A stretch of DNA of 56,839 bases, counting the filler, from Sphacelaria rigidula (lineage: Eukaryota): assembly GCA_964200075.2 (NCBI GenBank). It is 4 parts of 4 records of this genome, joined end to end, with 100 filler letters (N's around TTAATTAATTAA, not from the genome) between each part and the next. Parts side by side here need not be neighbours in the genome. Positions count along the whole stretch, not along the records: positions 28,472 to 42,606 come from CAXNAA020002438.1; positions 42,707 to 56,839 come from CAXNAA020002439.1; 2 more parts are not named here. The stretch is one strand, 5' to 3'. The notes below the pieces were generated by a model that made no database searches, was not told the origin of the DNA, and saw only the letters and a program-made list of their open reading frames with translations. Shown one piece after another: positions 38,706 to 50,191 of the stretch. The stretch's first letter is position 1. The number at the start of each line of letters is the position of its first letter. The position numbers and the translations under genes were made by a program.

Positions 38706-41700
38706 GTGCGCTCCCTACAGACAATGGTAAAAACAACCGTACAGCCAACCCAAATCATGCGTAGTGAGACGGTTGGCAAAAACAAACCGGAACGTTTTGA
38801 TGTTGATCATAGCGAAGTTGCAGGACGTATTTTCAGGAACGTGAGAGTGGATGAAGACAATCCTCCTCCACATGCTCACCCCACCCCCCTTCGTGCACAC
38901 CCCCCTTTACACCAACCAGCCACTCAAAACGCTAATGATGTTCCCACTTCTCATTCTCAGATGGCATCCCTTCAAATGAGCCCTGATGCTACGAAAACCT
39001 TTTCTGACGATGACCTCCGCAACCAAACCGGTGCTGAGCCCTCTCATCGCCCCACTCTGGCTTTTGATACGACACCCAAATCAGAACAATCCCTGCCCAC
39101 GCGTGACGAAACACACGACCGGCTTCGGCAAAACCGCCCAGCCTTGATTCCCCCGCGTCATTGGTACAATTTTTCGGTCACGGAAAAAAAGGAATGCTGG
39201 GACCAGATTGATAACGGCAATCTGACACAGCTTGGACGTGCGTTGAGAGAGTTGGAATTTGCCCGCCTCCAGGCGGGTGAACATGAGGGTTTTTCACGGG
39301 TGCAAGAGCCCGCGCAGATCCCCCGTGAGATAAATGTCCATCCCGAGAAAAAGCCGACGGAACAGAGCGAACTAGAGCGCGCGATACCCAAATCCACGAA
39401 GGCTCTGGAAATTGCGGAGCAAGAATATATGCTGTTGACGAAAAGACACTCGAAAGCTTCGCGTCATTTTGGATTATGTTGGCAAGTTTGGCAATCACAA
39501 CTGCGTTCGTACGGTCGCCTGCTCCGCCCCCAAGGCGACAACTGATTCCCCGCCTGACCCACCTAACCTGGCACATTTTCAACTGCATGTATCAGCCCAT
39601 TCACAAAACGGTAGACGTTCACACATCAATGGGCCTAGTGCCGTGGCTGACCCACGCCAGGGCGGTACCCATACAACATTGATGCTCACCTCACAACTTG
39701 ATAACCTTTTGGGAACGTTTTACAAGTTCCGGAGATTCCAATAAGCATCCAGTGGGGTAACCCAGGACGCGTTGCTTAGCCCAAACCCTAAGCGCCGCCA
39801 CCTGCCTGTCTATTTTCTACTTCTGTAATTCAGTTCTCATTAGTTGGTACAATCCCACAATTGGAAATGAACAATGACCGTGATTCAACGCAGAAGTATC
39901 CAACAATTTTATGTCAACCATTTGTTTTCACTCGGCCAGGTCACACACATCACACGCACGAATCGGCGGTGGCCACCGCGGATTCAACCATGTGGTGTTG
40001 GTTCCCTGGGTATGCTAACACTGCCTTGAAGGGTTCCAAGACAGTCGAAGCCCGTCCACCGTTGCATGGCTATGAATTGAGCAGTGACCAAACCCAACGT
40101 TTTAACCCCGGAGTTGATCACCCAGTTTTACAGTCACCAGGAGGTACTAATCATATTCAATCGTATCCCCTCCCTTAGGGGGAGAGGAAGTCATGTAGTG
40201 CAGTTTCTAACGCATCAGGAGCCGAAATATCTTCTGGTACGATAGACACTGCTGCTCCGACCGTTCATGGGGGAACACAAAACTCAAAGCCTCACACTCA
40301 AGCACCGCCCAACTAATCAAGTGCCCGGCTAATCACCCTACCGAGTTCCGCAAAAACTACGGTACCCGGTTCCCTTTATTTGATGAGCGCAATCATTCCT
40401 TGAAGGGTCGCAACCGCAAAGAACCCATGCTTTTCGTCGCTCAGCGGGTTGGACTGGAACCCCAAGTGACAGCGGCTCAGGTGGTGCGCCAAGAGCGTGA
40501 CCTAGGTTCGACTGTCCAAGAACTCATTTCATTAGCTCCTGGAGCCGCCGACCCTTTCGTGCGCTACACACGCCACCAGAGGCAGGTCACTCCAGATGAT
40601 CATGTAGATAACCCTGATGTAGCAAGCGCACGTGAACTCCACGGAGGAGATTGCGTGTGGGCTCAGACAGATGAAAACCTTAATGTGGAACAGGCCGGTA
40701 CTCCCCAGATTTCGAACAGATCGTTACTGCTCCCTGACCACCCCGCGTGCACTACGTTAGAACCCCTTTCCGATGAAGCGTTGCCGTCTGCAGGGACAGA
40801 AACTTCGCCGACTCATGAACGTTCGCATCCTAGTCATGAAGGCACCCCAATCGTGTGTTTGTCACCAGGCAAACAAAGTGCTACGCAAGACGACACGTCT
40901 CCTAACTCGCCTACGTGGGCCCCTTTAATAGACGCCGTGTTGAACAGGACAGCTTTACCAACCCCGCGTCCTGACGAGTCGTCTCCGAAACCTCCCATGT
41001 TGGCCCTAACTAGTGATGGTATTGAGTTGATTGACGAATCAAACTCAACACCGCGCCTCGATGAATCGTCCCCTGTTCCGAGCAAGCTGGATAATGTAAT
41101 TGATCCCGCTTTGCACAATGACGATTCGCCCCCTCTGTTGGTCAATAAGGGAAAAACACCACGCACAGATCAGTTGTCGGGTCCAACCACGACAACTGCC
41201 CTTCCCCGCCATCGCCCCTCCGTTGCGGTATATGAGATTCAACCCTCGACTGATGAGACAAATATTCCAGGCACACTGACACTCTATGCACGCACCATCC
41301 TTCCGACCAAAAGCTTGTCCCACAGGATCATAAACGGGTGAATTTTAACACCTTTGTTCAAAACGCGAAGCCGGATGTGTCAAATGTCATACCCGAATTC
41401 GGGCCCGATCTCGTCAGTGGTACTGCAACTGTGGATGATGCTTCTTTTACGACCAAGATAGGTTTACATAGTGGAGCGCGTGCAAGCTGTTATTTGATAG
41501 CTCTTGCACTACCAGACTCTGGTTCACCTCGAACGTTCATCACCGCCAGCTGCTGGCAACAGATGATCAACGCGGGCGCGGCGGACAAGCATTGTCTATC
41601 CACCGTACACCCTCGTGTTTTTGGTGGGTTTAGTTCCTCCACATCTCTCACGGTCAATCAATCGGTGAGACTAAGTGTACAATTTTACCAGGATACTACT

Positions 41701-42606
41701 CCCACTGCTCGGTTGTCCGTATGGGCACTAATAGTGTCCGACGGTTCCATGTCTTTTGATGTTTTGTTGGGTCGAGATAGTTGGCTTCGTTTTCCCACAC
41801 ATACGTATACGACGGACACACCTGTCCCGAACCGTCCAGTAACAGGAAAACTGTCTCTGGGTCATTTCAACACTGATTCGGGAGCTGATACTTATGAGGA
41901 TGATCTCACGAAAACAGGTAATGCTTTCCGTCTGTACTATGTTGGTGAACCGGTAATCTCGCTGTCTTGTGAACCCCAACTAATACAAGTGAACCTCGTG
42001 AGACGCAATGGATCGCCCGCCTTCACAGGACATTATTTGGTCGAGTTGCTCAAACCTGACCAAGCACAGGTTGGTCCGTTTGAACAGACCGAAGTTTTTG
42101 TCCACGAAGGTAGGCAGGCCATTTACCTCACGTCCCCTGCATGTTTCGATATGTTCAATGGCCAGCTGTTGGGTTATGCTCAAGCGCCTCTCATACGAAC
42201 CGCCCTGTCAGATGTGTGCCCCCCGGCGAACAACAACTCGCCGACCGACCCCCCGAAATCCACGGGCCCCCCTCCGCTACACATGTCTGACCCCATGGTG
42301 GTGACAAATCCACCGGATGCACCTGACCCTCAACCCCCAACTGCATTACTGGATAGATTTTCTTCAGAACAACGCGCCAGTTTTCAAAAGTTGTGGGATG
42401 ACATTGCCCCTCACTTACGGCATATTGTTTTTGATCTATCTGGCGATGGTTGGACACCCACTGTAATCGATAGATTGAGATCCATCTTGATTAGATACTC
42501 TGAACGGTTTTCTACTGCACCCTTGTATTTAGGTCGATGTACCACGACACCGTTTAAGATCAAGATTCCTGATGGCACTCCTCCTATCGCTATGCGTCCG
42601 TACCGT
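38706..42606 (+). mobile_element. Ty3/Gypsy-like LTR retrotransposon internal region, truncated by the contig end
   Basis: ORF 41338-42606 has retropepsin motifs (ALPDSGSPRTFI; FDVLLGRD) and the pre-RT segment LGRCTTTPFKIKIPDGTPPIAMRPYR typical of Ty3/Gypsy pol. Intronless Pro/Thr-rich ORFs 38706-39545 and 40400-41341 upstream are presumed gag-region remnants (lower confidence). Confidence 0.8.
41338..42606 (+). CDS. pol: Retrotransposon pol N-terminal part (aspartic protease + linker to RT), 3'-partial
   Basis: D-S-G catalytic motif and LLGRD motif. The frame is open from 41257 to the contig end. Confidence 0.78.
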
Positions 42607-42706
42607 NNNNNNNNNNNNNNNNNNNNNNNNNNNNNNNNNNNNNNNNNNNNTTAATTAATTAANNNNNNNNNNNNNNNNNNNNNNNNNNNNNNNNNNNNNN
42701 NNNNNN
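42607..42706. other. Artificial contig linker (44N + TTAATTAATTAA + 44N)
   Basis: Same construct as 14137-14236. Confidence 0.97.
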
Positions 42707-43475
42707 CTCCCCGCACATCCGGGGGGGGGGGGGGGGGGGGTATAAACCGTTTTCCAGTCTGTAGGGCCCCTTGGTTCAAGGCTATAGCGGTGTCGCTATG
42801 GACAAAAATGTGTATCGACCAATCAGCACCTTTCAAACTGTTCCGAAATTGAAAACACGAACTCCGTGCCCAATTTCCACCGTATCTTCACATGCTTCAA
42901 ATCGTAGTGACTGTCATCACCTCAAGAATGTAGCGGGAGAAACGGATTTGAAAACGGTTTCGACGGGGTCGAATTATTATTTACCCGAAACCGTAATGTT
43001 TCGGTGATGTGGAGTTTGGCGTCGTCTAATTTCCACTCATGATACGCAGAAAAGACTCAGGGAGCCTCGTGACGATTTCCCTCATGTCTGTTGTAGAAAA
43101 CCTCAGATCATCCTCAAACTTGGCAGTTCCGTAGGTATTGATGCTCCAAATGGAAAAATTGTGTTCTTCGCAAGGGTTCAAAGTTTCTCAGTTCTCTACC
43201 GGCTTCCGGGGGTCCCAGTACAAAGACCCCCGGAAGGCGGTGCAGAATGACTTGAAAGAACAAATAAATACATGATGCATCCCGGGATAGTTCAAGGAAC
43301 ACATGTACGAAGTTTGGTGGAGATACTCGAAAATCTCATACAATGTTTCCTGCCTTAACGTAAAATTCACCCTAAAAGATGTTTTCATACCCAAACCAAG
43401 CAGTTAGGAGTTTGCACGTGTCAAGCTCACATCCTCGCATAAACGGGCAAGCCTTCACGCATTTACTAAGAGTTG

Positions 43476-43909
43476 GGCCGGATGTTATGGCAAACAGATT
43501 TTTGGCCCACGGATTGTTCACCTTTGGGAGATTTGACCCACCTTTTGACCCCCAAGCCAAGAAAACCACCGACACACGTCTCGGACACTTTGCATCATCA
43601 CCCCACAGAGAGGAGCCTAGCTCATTTTTCAGATTCCCTTGGCCCCGAGGTTTCGAGATTCGCCGCTGAACAAAAAAATGTGCGCAAAAATTTGTGCTTG
43701 CTGACCCCCGCCAGTTTGGATGCGGCGAATCTCGAAACCTCGGCGCCAAGGGAATCTGAAAAGTGGGCTAGGCTCCTCTCTGTGGGGTGATGCAAAGTGT
43801 CCGAGACGTGTGTTGGCGGTTTTCCCTGTTTAGGGATCAAAAGGTGGGTCAAATGTCCCAAAAGTAAACAATCCGTGGGCCAAAAATCTGTTTGCCATAA
43901 CATCCGGCC
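43476..43909. repeat. Long inverted repeat, ~190-bp arms with ~55-bp loop
   Basis: 43476-43666 is the reverse complement of 43722-43909. The ORF track gives the same peptide (MLWQTDFWPTDC..) on both strands. Confidence 0.93.
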
Positions 43910-44281
43910 TTAGACGCTGAAACTTCGCACAAATGTGCTTTGAATTATGACGCAAGTTTGGATCAACGAGTGCTTTCCAATTCTTGATTTTTTCACCGTT
44001 TTTCGGGGGTCGGACGGGATCCAAGCCGTTTTTTCGAATTCGTCCATTTGGGACCCCGGAAAACCGGCATCACTTTTTTTTTCATTTCTTCCGCGAACGC
44101 ACCGTCGCCGCAAAACCCAAGGAAAACCCGCACGAAGTTTCATGACCAAACTCGAGAAACTGGTGCTTGAATTTTCATGTTCACGTCAAAGAAGGCCCCA
44201 AAACGCCATTTTCATACTAAGGTCTTGTAGTTTGCCGTTTCACCGTGGCACGGCGAGATTCATCGCACAAACGCGAAAAAA

Positions 44282-44550
44282 CTCACGCCGTTTTAAGGAG
44301 TTAGACCCTGAAATTTTGCACAACTGTGCTATGGATCATTACGCAACTCTGTATGGACGAGTTTTTTTCCGTTCTTACCGTTTTACGGGGGTCCGACTGG
44401 ATCGAAGTTTCCCCGACAAAACTAGGACCCCGGAAAAACGGTGAATAATATCAAGAAGTAAAAAAAAACTCGACCGTGGAAAGCTTCGTAATGACCCATA
44501 AAACGCCTGTGCAAAATCTCAGGGTCTAATTCTTTAAAATGGCGTGAAGT
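44282..44550. repeat. Second imperfect inverted repeat (~115-bp arms)
   Basis: TCACGCCGTTTTAAGGAGTTAGACCCTGAAATTTTGCACA versus TGTGCAAAATCTCAGGGTCTAATTCTTTAAAATGGCGTGA. The peptide FKELDPEILH appears on both strands. Confidence 0.8.
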
Positions 44551-46257
44551 TTTGCCGATGAGTGTTTTTGTTTTTTTTCCGTGAACCAGCCTGTATGGCC
44601 TTACAGATTTGTTGAAATTGTTCTGTACACGAACGGTCATTTTCTGGGCGGGTGTGGTATCACAGTGAAGCCGAAGAACAGGCGGGCAGGGAATCATCCT
44701 TCAAGAGCAGCTTCGTACCGTGGTATTCTCGGGTATGATGCAGCGCAGTACGCTGCACAATCACAGTACACGATGGCAATGCCGTGTGGTAATACATGAT
44801 GGTACAGTCGGTATTGCGAGAACAGTGCACAGTGTGCGACAAGAGTCCACGAGTGCAGTGTCATTCATCACCCTGCAACAACCGCGACAGCAGAGTGTAG
44901 GATAGTACACTATTGTTCGTTATGATGATACATACAGCAGCACAGTGCAGCATGAAATTTTGCCATCACCGCAGGGTACGGCGTCGACACTTCTTATCCA
45001 GTTGTCAAACCCCATGCGGAGCTTCTCCAGCAGCCGGCGCTCGCAGGCACTCTGCTGTTACGAGACTATCTGCTGCTGTTGTTGCAAAAATACCACCCGC
45101 CCGTTGCCCCATCATTGTACGTCAACATACGTACGTCAGTTGCGACAGAGTCGGGGGACCTCGATTTTCCATGGACCTGCGCTCAGATTCGTGTAAAACC
45201 GTTCTCAAATCGTGACAAACGAATCTGAGCTCCCCCGATTTGGGCCAAATTGGGGTCCATACAATGCGTTTCCGAATCTGAGGTTCCCTGATCTGCGTAC
45301 AGATTCGTTTTTTCGACTGCCATACAAAGTGGTCTTACGGTATGGGATAGGGTAGAGTAGGAGTGTGGGTAACTTGTAGTGTCGATTCGCCAGGTATTCG
45401 GAAATACCCAATATTTTCGGCAGTCGATACTCTGGGAGCTCCGGAATACTTGATATTTGCGCCAGTCGATACTCTGTTCTGAAGTCGTGAGTGCTGACAA
45501 CACTCTGGAACTAAGGAGTACCTGGATTATCGCGCTTTCCCCTCAGCACGTTTGGAAGATTCCCCAGCAACCACGTATATCGCAACCACGCATATCGAAG
45601 CATCACTCCTCTGGTGAGGAGCATAAAACTGCAGTGGCGAGCTACAGGCGGTTCTTCCCCCACACTGGGAGAAATATACCATCAGAACAGAAAACCCGTA
45701 TGTGAAAAAACCGAGCAACGGGGTACCATAGTAAAGTAGCCAAGAGTGGCCAGGAGAAACCAGTGATCAGGGATTTATGTTTTTGTCGTCAGCGTAACTT
45801 TCGCAGCCTGAGACCGCTTCTCAGGCTTCTTGTGGCACACAAAACGTATCCTGGAAACTCGCCATTTTTGGTCCTTCCGCGTCGTTCAACGCCCTGAACG
45901 AGGACTAGGCGGATGTTGATGGAGTGCCCTTTATACTCCCTGCGACGGTTCCAGGACACCATTGCATTTTCCGGTGGCCGCGGTTGTTTTGGAAACCAAA
46001 CTTGTATTTTCTTGGACAAACGGTCAAGCTCAGAAAATCTTCGCGCAAAGGTGTCCTGAAATCGTCTCAACGTGTGTAGCAAGGCGTTCCAGAGTGCAAA
46101 CACCTATCTAGCCCTCCTATAGGGCGTAAAACGACGCTGAAGAACCAGTCAGTTTTCCAGAGTATCTTTTTTGTTGCCAAAAGGAGCGGCCTTATGGGAA
46201 CAGAAAGATTTCCTGAGATTTCCGATTTTAATCTTTGGCCAGGGACATACATGCCGC

Positions 46258-46563
46258 GCCCCGGTAGTGTAATGGTCCGAGTGTCGCCATTAGGGTGGAG
46301 AGAACGGGGGTTCGATTCACGATGCGTTGCGTTTATTCTTCGTAATGTATTATTTCCACCGTGGAAAGCGTAAGAACGTGAGTAAACGAAATAGTCGACT
46401 GGATTTGTGTGACGCGAGTTGACGCGGTGCAGAAGCGCTGACCCAATTCGCGAGATCAAAATGGAAGGCACGTACCGGGGGAGAGATGGGTTGATCCCTT
46501 GAGACCACGGACTCATCCCGAGGAAGGGGAGGGGTTCAAAGTGTGAGTAAAAAAAATAAAAAG
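46258..46563 (+). mobile_element. tRNA-derived SINE candidate (Pol III head, body, shared 3' tail, A-rich end)
   Basis: A box TAGTGTAATGG (46265-46275) and B box GGTTCGATTC (46309-46318). The tail GGGTTGATCCCTTGAGACCACGGACTCATCCCGAGGAAGGG is similar to 7940-7980. A-rich run at ~46549-46563. Confidence 0.7.
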
Positions 46564-49560
46564 CGCATTCTTGGAATGTACACGTTATGTTGGAAGATAG
46601 AATATTTTCCCCCAAGGGAATACAAACGGCCACTGACTGTACCAACTGTAGTGATTGTACGTTACTTTATTGCCTGTGCTGCAACGCGGAGCATCAGAGC
46701 AAACCAGATCTGAGGTCAGGGCCGAATCGTCTGAACATGTAACGGTCAGCTTTGGATTGCATCAAATGGTCAATCGGATTGTACGTAGTCGGACATCAAC
46801 CCTTTTGGGGATCTCCAGTAACAGGGGGTTCACCACGTGTTAGTAAAACAACAATAGAAAAGTCTAGGAGCGACCTGCCTAATCACGGGAAGGCGAGATT
46901 TATCGACCACATCCGAATGACCAGTGTGGGAGGTTATCGCCGGGAGTGATGTCACGGCCGAGTTTGTACCCTGTCCCTGGTCCACAGAAAAGCTCCCGAA
47001 GCAAAAGTAAGCCGCGATGGTCGGGGCTCTCTTTTCCGATTTTTTCGTCATTTACTTGCATTTTATGTAGGTCCTTCCCCCATTCCCTCGTTTTTTGGGG
47101 GGTCACCATCCTATAGTAAAACATAGTAATTACACTACAAAAACACAGAGTGCTCGGGGGAAATTTGAGAAAAGCGCGCCCTACTAAATACAAGGCGACT
47201 GAATCTAGCAACGCCATGGAACGAGAAATGGAGCTAGAGACACGAGTTCTGCGTATCCCTGTACTGAGGCGGTACAGCATGCAGTGAGGTCGTATGTAGT
47301 CGACGGGAACGAACAAGCTGTGTATAGGCAGCTGATCTCCGTCGCGGAGAACTGCCCAGAACGTGTAGGGGAGTATGCAGCGGCAACTGCTGCTGCGGTC
47401 AGAGAGGCGTACTGTTATGTACTGTAATGTATGTGCGCAGCAATGCCCATGCCCTTCGAAGAGAGTTTGACGCGTGCAACAAAGAGGAAAATCGCGGCCC
47501 ACCCCGATAACAAAGGGCTTTGTGGCAAGGTGATGGGGACAATAACATCACCCAAAGCCACAAGTAGCGGGCGGCCCGCCGGTCGCCACATCCTGTTGAA
47601 AGCTCTCTACGGCGACTCATACTGCTTGATACATCTGTACATCACCTGATGCGCACCCCACCCGAAATACAGTTTGTCCTTGCACACCTGCATCTGAAAA
47701 TATATTGAATGAAACTTTCGGTCTCCCTTCTAACCCTGCGGTTACATACATGGATTTTCCGCAACATGAAGCCACTGTTTCGTGCAGACACCAGGCACGT
47801 CGTTCCTCACCAGCCTCATTGATTGTTCTGGAGGCCCAGTCCCAAAAGCGTTAAAGCAAATTTGGTCATTTCAGGAGAGAGGAAAATGGGTGCTATGGTA
47901 CTAGCTGTAGGACCTACAGTACAGTACAACGCGGCTTGGTGTCCTAAGTGAAATAGCACCAGCAGCGTTTTTTCTTAGCTCGTGGTGATAACTCGACAGT
48001 CACGCGACCATAACCACCGTTTGATCAGGATTGGCGCTGCTGAATAGGCCTACCGCGCCCCAGCAGTCCTTGAATACCATGTGAACGATCCTACGTGTTT
48101 GGACTGTTTGTGCCGTGCTGGGTCGGAACAGAGGTTATACGCAGATGCCTCGGGAGCAATTGGCACTTTAAGACAGAGATGTTGGCTCCACGAGCGAAGA
48201 CAAGGCCCACAAATAATTGTAGTGTGATCCCCCACGTTGCACCCGGGTAGGCTAAAGGCAGCACAACAACAGTACTCCTACATGCACACAAGCATTGTGG
48301 CCGGAATCCACCCAGTGCAGTGTACTGTATGTTATGGCGGTGCCTCTAAGTGGAAGATGCCTTGCACGGAAACAGAAAGCAACCTCTCACGGCTTCTCGG
48401 AGAGCTGGGCACACGAGGTTTGTTGCCAGTCACGAGGAGTCAACAAACCCCAGCCCTACACACATTTCACCACAACTACCCTGCTATTGCCCATTTGTGT
48501 GCGGCGCTTATCATGGTGCAGGTGGTGTGTGCTTCATCGGATGTTAAGTGATAAAGCCAGCATGATCAATCGGGTTATATTGAAAGAGCGGCGGAACCAA
48601 AATGTACGAGGGACGCACTTATTTAATGTGCTTGTTGTTGTTCAAAAGGGCACATCAATTCCGATACTCCCGGCCGTTTTTTCGCCGCGACAGGAAATAC
48701 ATGCACTTTCTGATTAATTCTGCGACTCCATCACGTGACATTCTTGGAAAATCAACAAAAGCGCAGGATTTAGTTTTCCAACGATTTTTTGGTTGCATGA
48801 GAAGTGGTTTAAATAAAAGCCAAACGAACAATCAACAACGGGCTGCGCTCACATTGAATACGACAACGTCATTTTTGAGAACGTGAGGGAAATTTCTACG
48901 TTATACTGACAAGAAGATTGAAGAACCAGCACGTGTCCGCCTAAGGTAAAGACAGCTTTAATCGGCAGTTTTCTGCATGCTGGAACGCGAGTAGAGGCAA
49001 CAGCATAACGTGAGCGATATGAAACCCACGGCCATAGAAACGTTTTAGGCATGCCTAGTGATACGATGTACCTCTGTCCTTGTCTTGGCTGCTGCTGGCA
49101 TGGCCCACGTTCTGGCAGGGTGGTGTACTGTAAGCCGTTAACTGGGGACGCTTTTCCATGTACAGTAGTACACAGCGGGTGGGAAGGAGGGGGTGTTTTG
49201 CGATCCGCGATCCTCCTCATAATGTCATAGGTGTTCATCATTATTTCCCTAGAGAACTGGCATCGAGGAGCTCATACAAAGCCAGGAACGGGCGACCAAA
49301 AAGCCCATGCTCCGACACTTGAGCATGACACCTCGTTGGTCGTAGACACGCCATCAACAAACTTTAATGGTTCTTCCATGTTCGTATTTTGTTTACGGCG
49401 ATTGTCATCCGGCAGCAGATCTCTAGTACAGGGTACGACACAGCACATCAGACATCACTGAAGACACAAACTTAGCACATGTAGCCAGCGATACCGCGTT
49501 TCCTAAGCATCAATGGCAGGCATATCTTGCCCAGATCCGAGACACTTTTTGGTTGTGTGT

Positions 49561-49658
49561 AAGACATGATATGAAAGACATGATATGAAAGACATGATAT
49601 GAAAGACATGATATGAAAGACATGATATGGAAGACATGATATGAAAGACATGATATGA
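49561..49658. repeat. 14-bp minisatellite (AAGACATGATATGA) x7
   Basis: Seven consecutive units with one substitution. Confidence 0.97.
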
Positions 49659-50191
49659 TTGCACAACAACTGATGCGCTGCAATTTTATCTGTGGCTATG
49701 GTGTGACTGTCTAGTGTTGCGGTCGCCTACAACGTACTGTGTAGTTGATGCATACCGCTTCAGTCCAGGCGCGCTATGAGCTTTGCCGACCGACTTCTGC
49801 GCACGCCCTTGGGTCGTATCATTCTGTGGGTGCAGGGAAACGGGTGTGGTGCAGGTTGATATGACACCTGAAGCCACCGTTTGTTTTCAAGTATATGTCA
49901 TATCCGTCATTAGCGTATTTTCGAATTACAGCCTCACAGGATAATGACTACATCACCTTCTGTCGAGTTTCCCCTTCATGTGTGCTTCCGTGCTTGGCAT
50001 TTGCTACGGTCATCTCGTAACCATGTCTGGATTTGTGGCAGATGACATGATGCGCGAGAACGATCAATGAACCAAAAATAGAACAAGGATAGGTCCCTGA
50101 TTCCCTCGCCCCCCACCCACAATAATTGCCGTCGTATCTTCCCGTGCCCTGCCTGCCCCTCACGAGTTTTGCTTCAAGAGGGCGTGATGAT

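Noticed and set aside
46258..46330. Functional tRNA gene (also 56778-56839)
   Set aside because: A and B boxes are present, but I could not fold a proper acceptor and anticodon stem. The downstream body and tail fit a SINE better.
49561..49658. 14-bp repeat as CRISPR or coding repeat
   Set aside because: Pure minisatellite without spacers. The ORF over it is an artefact.
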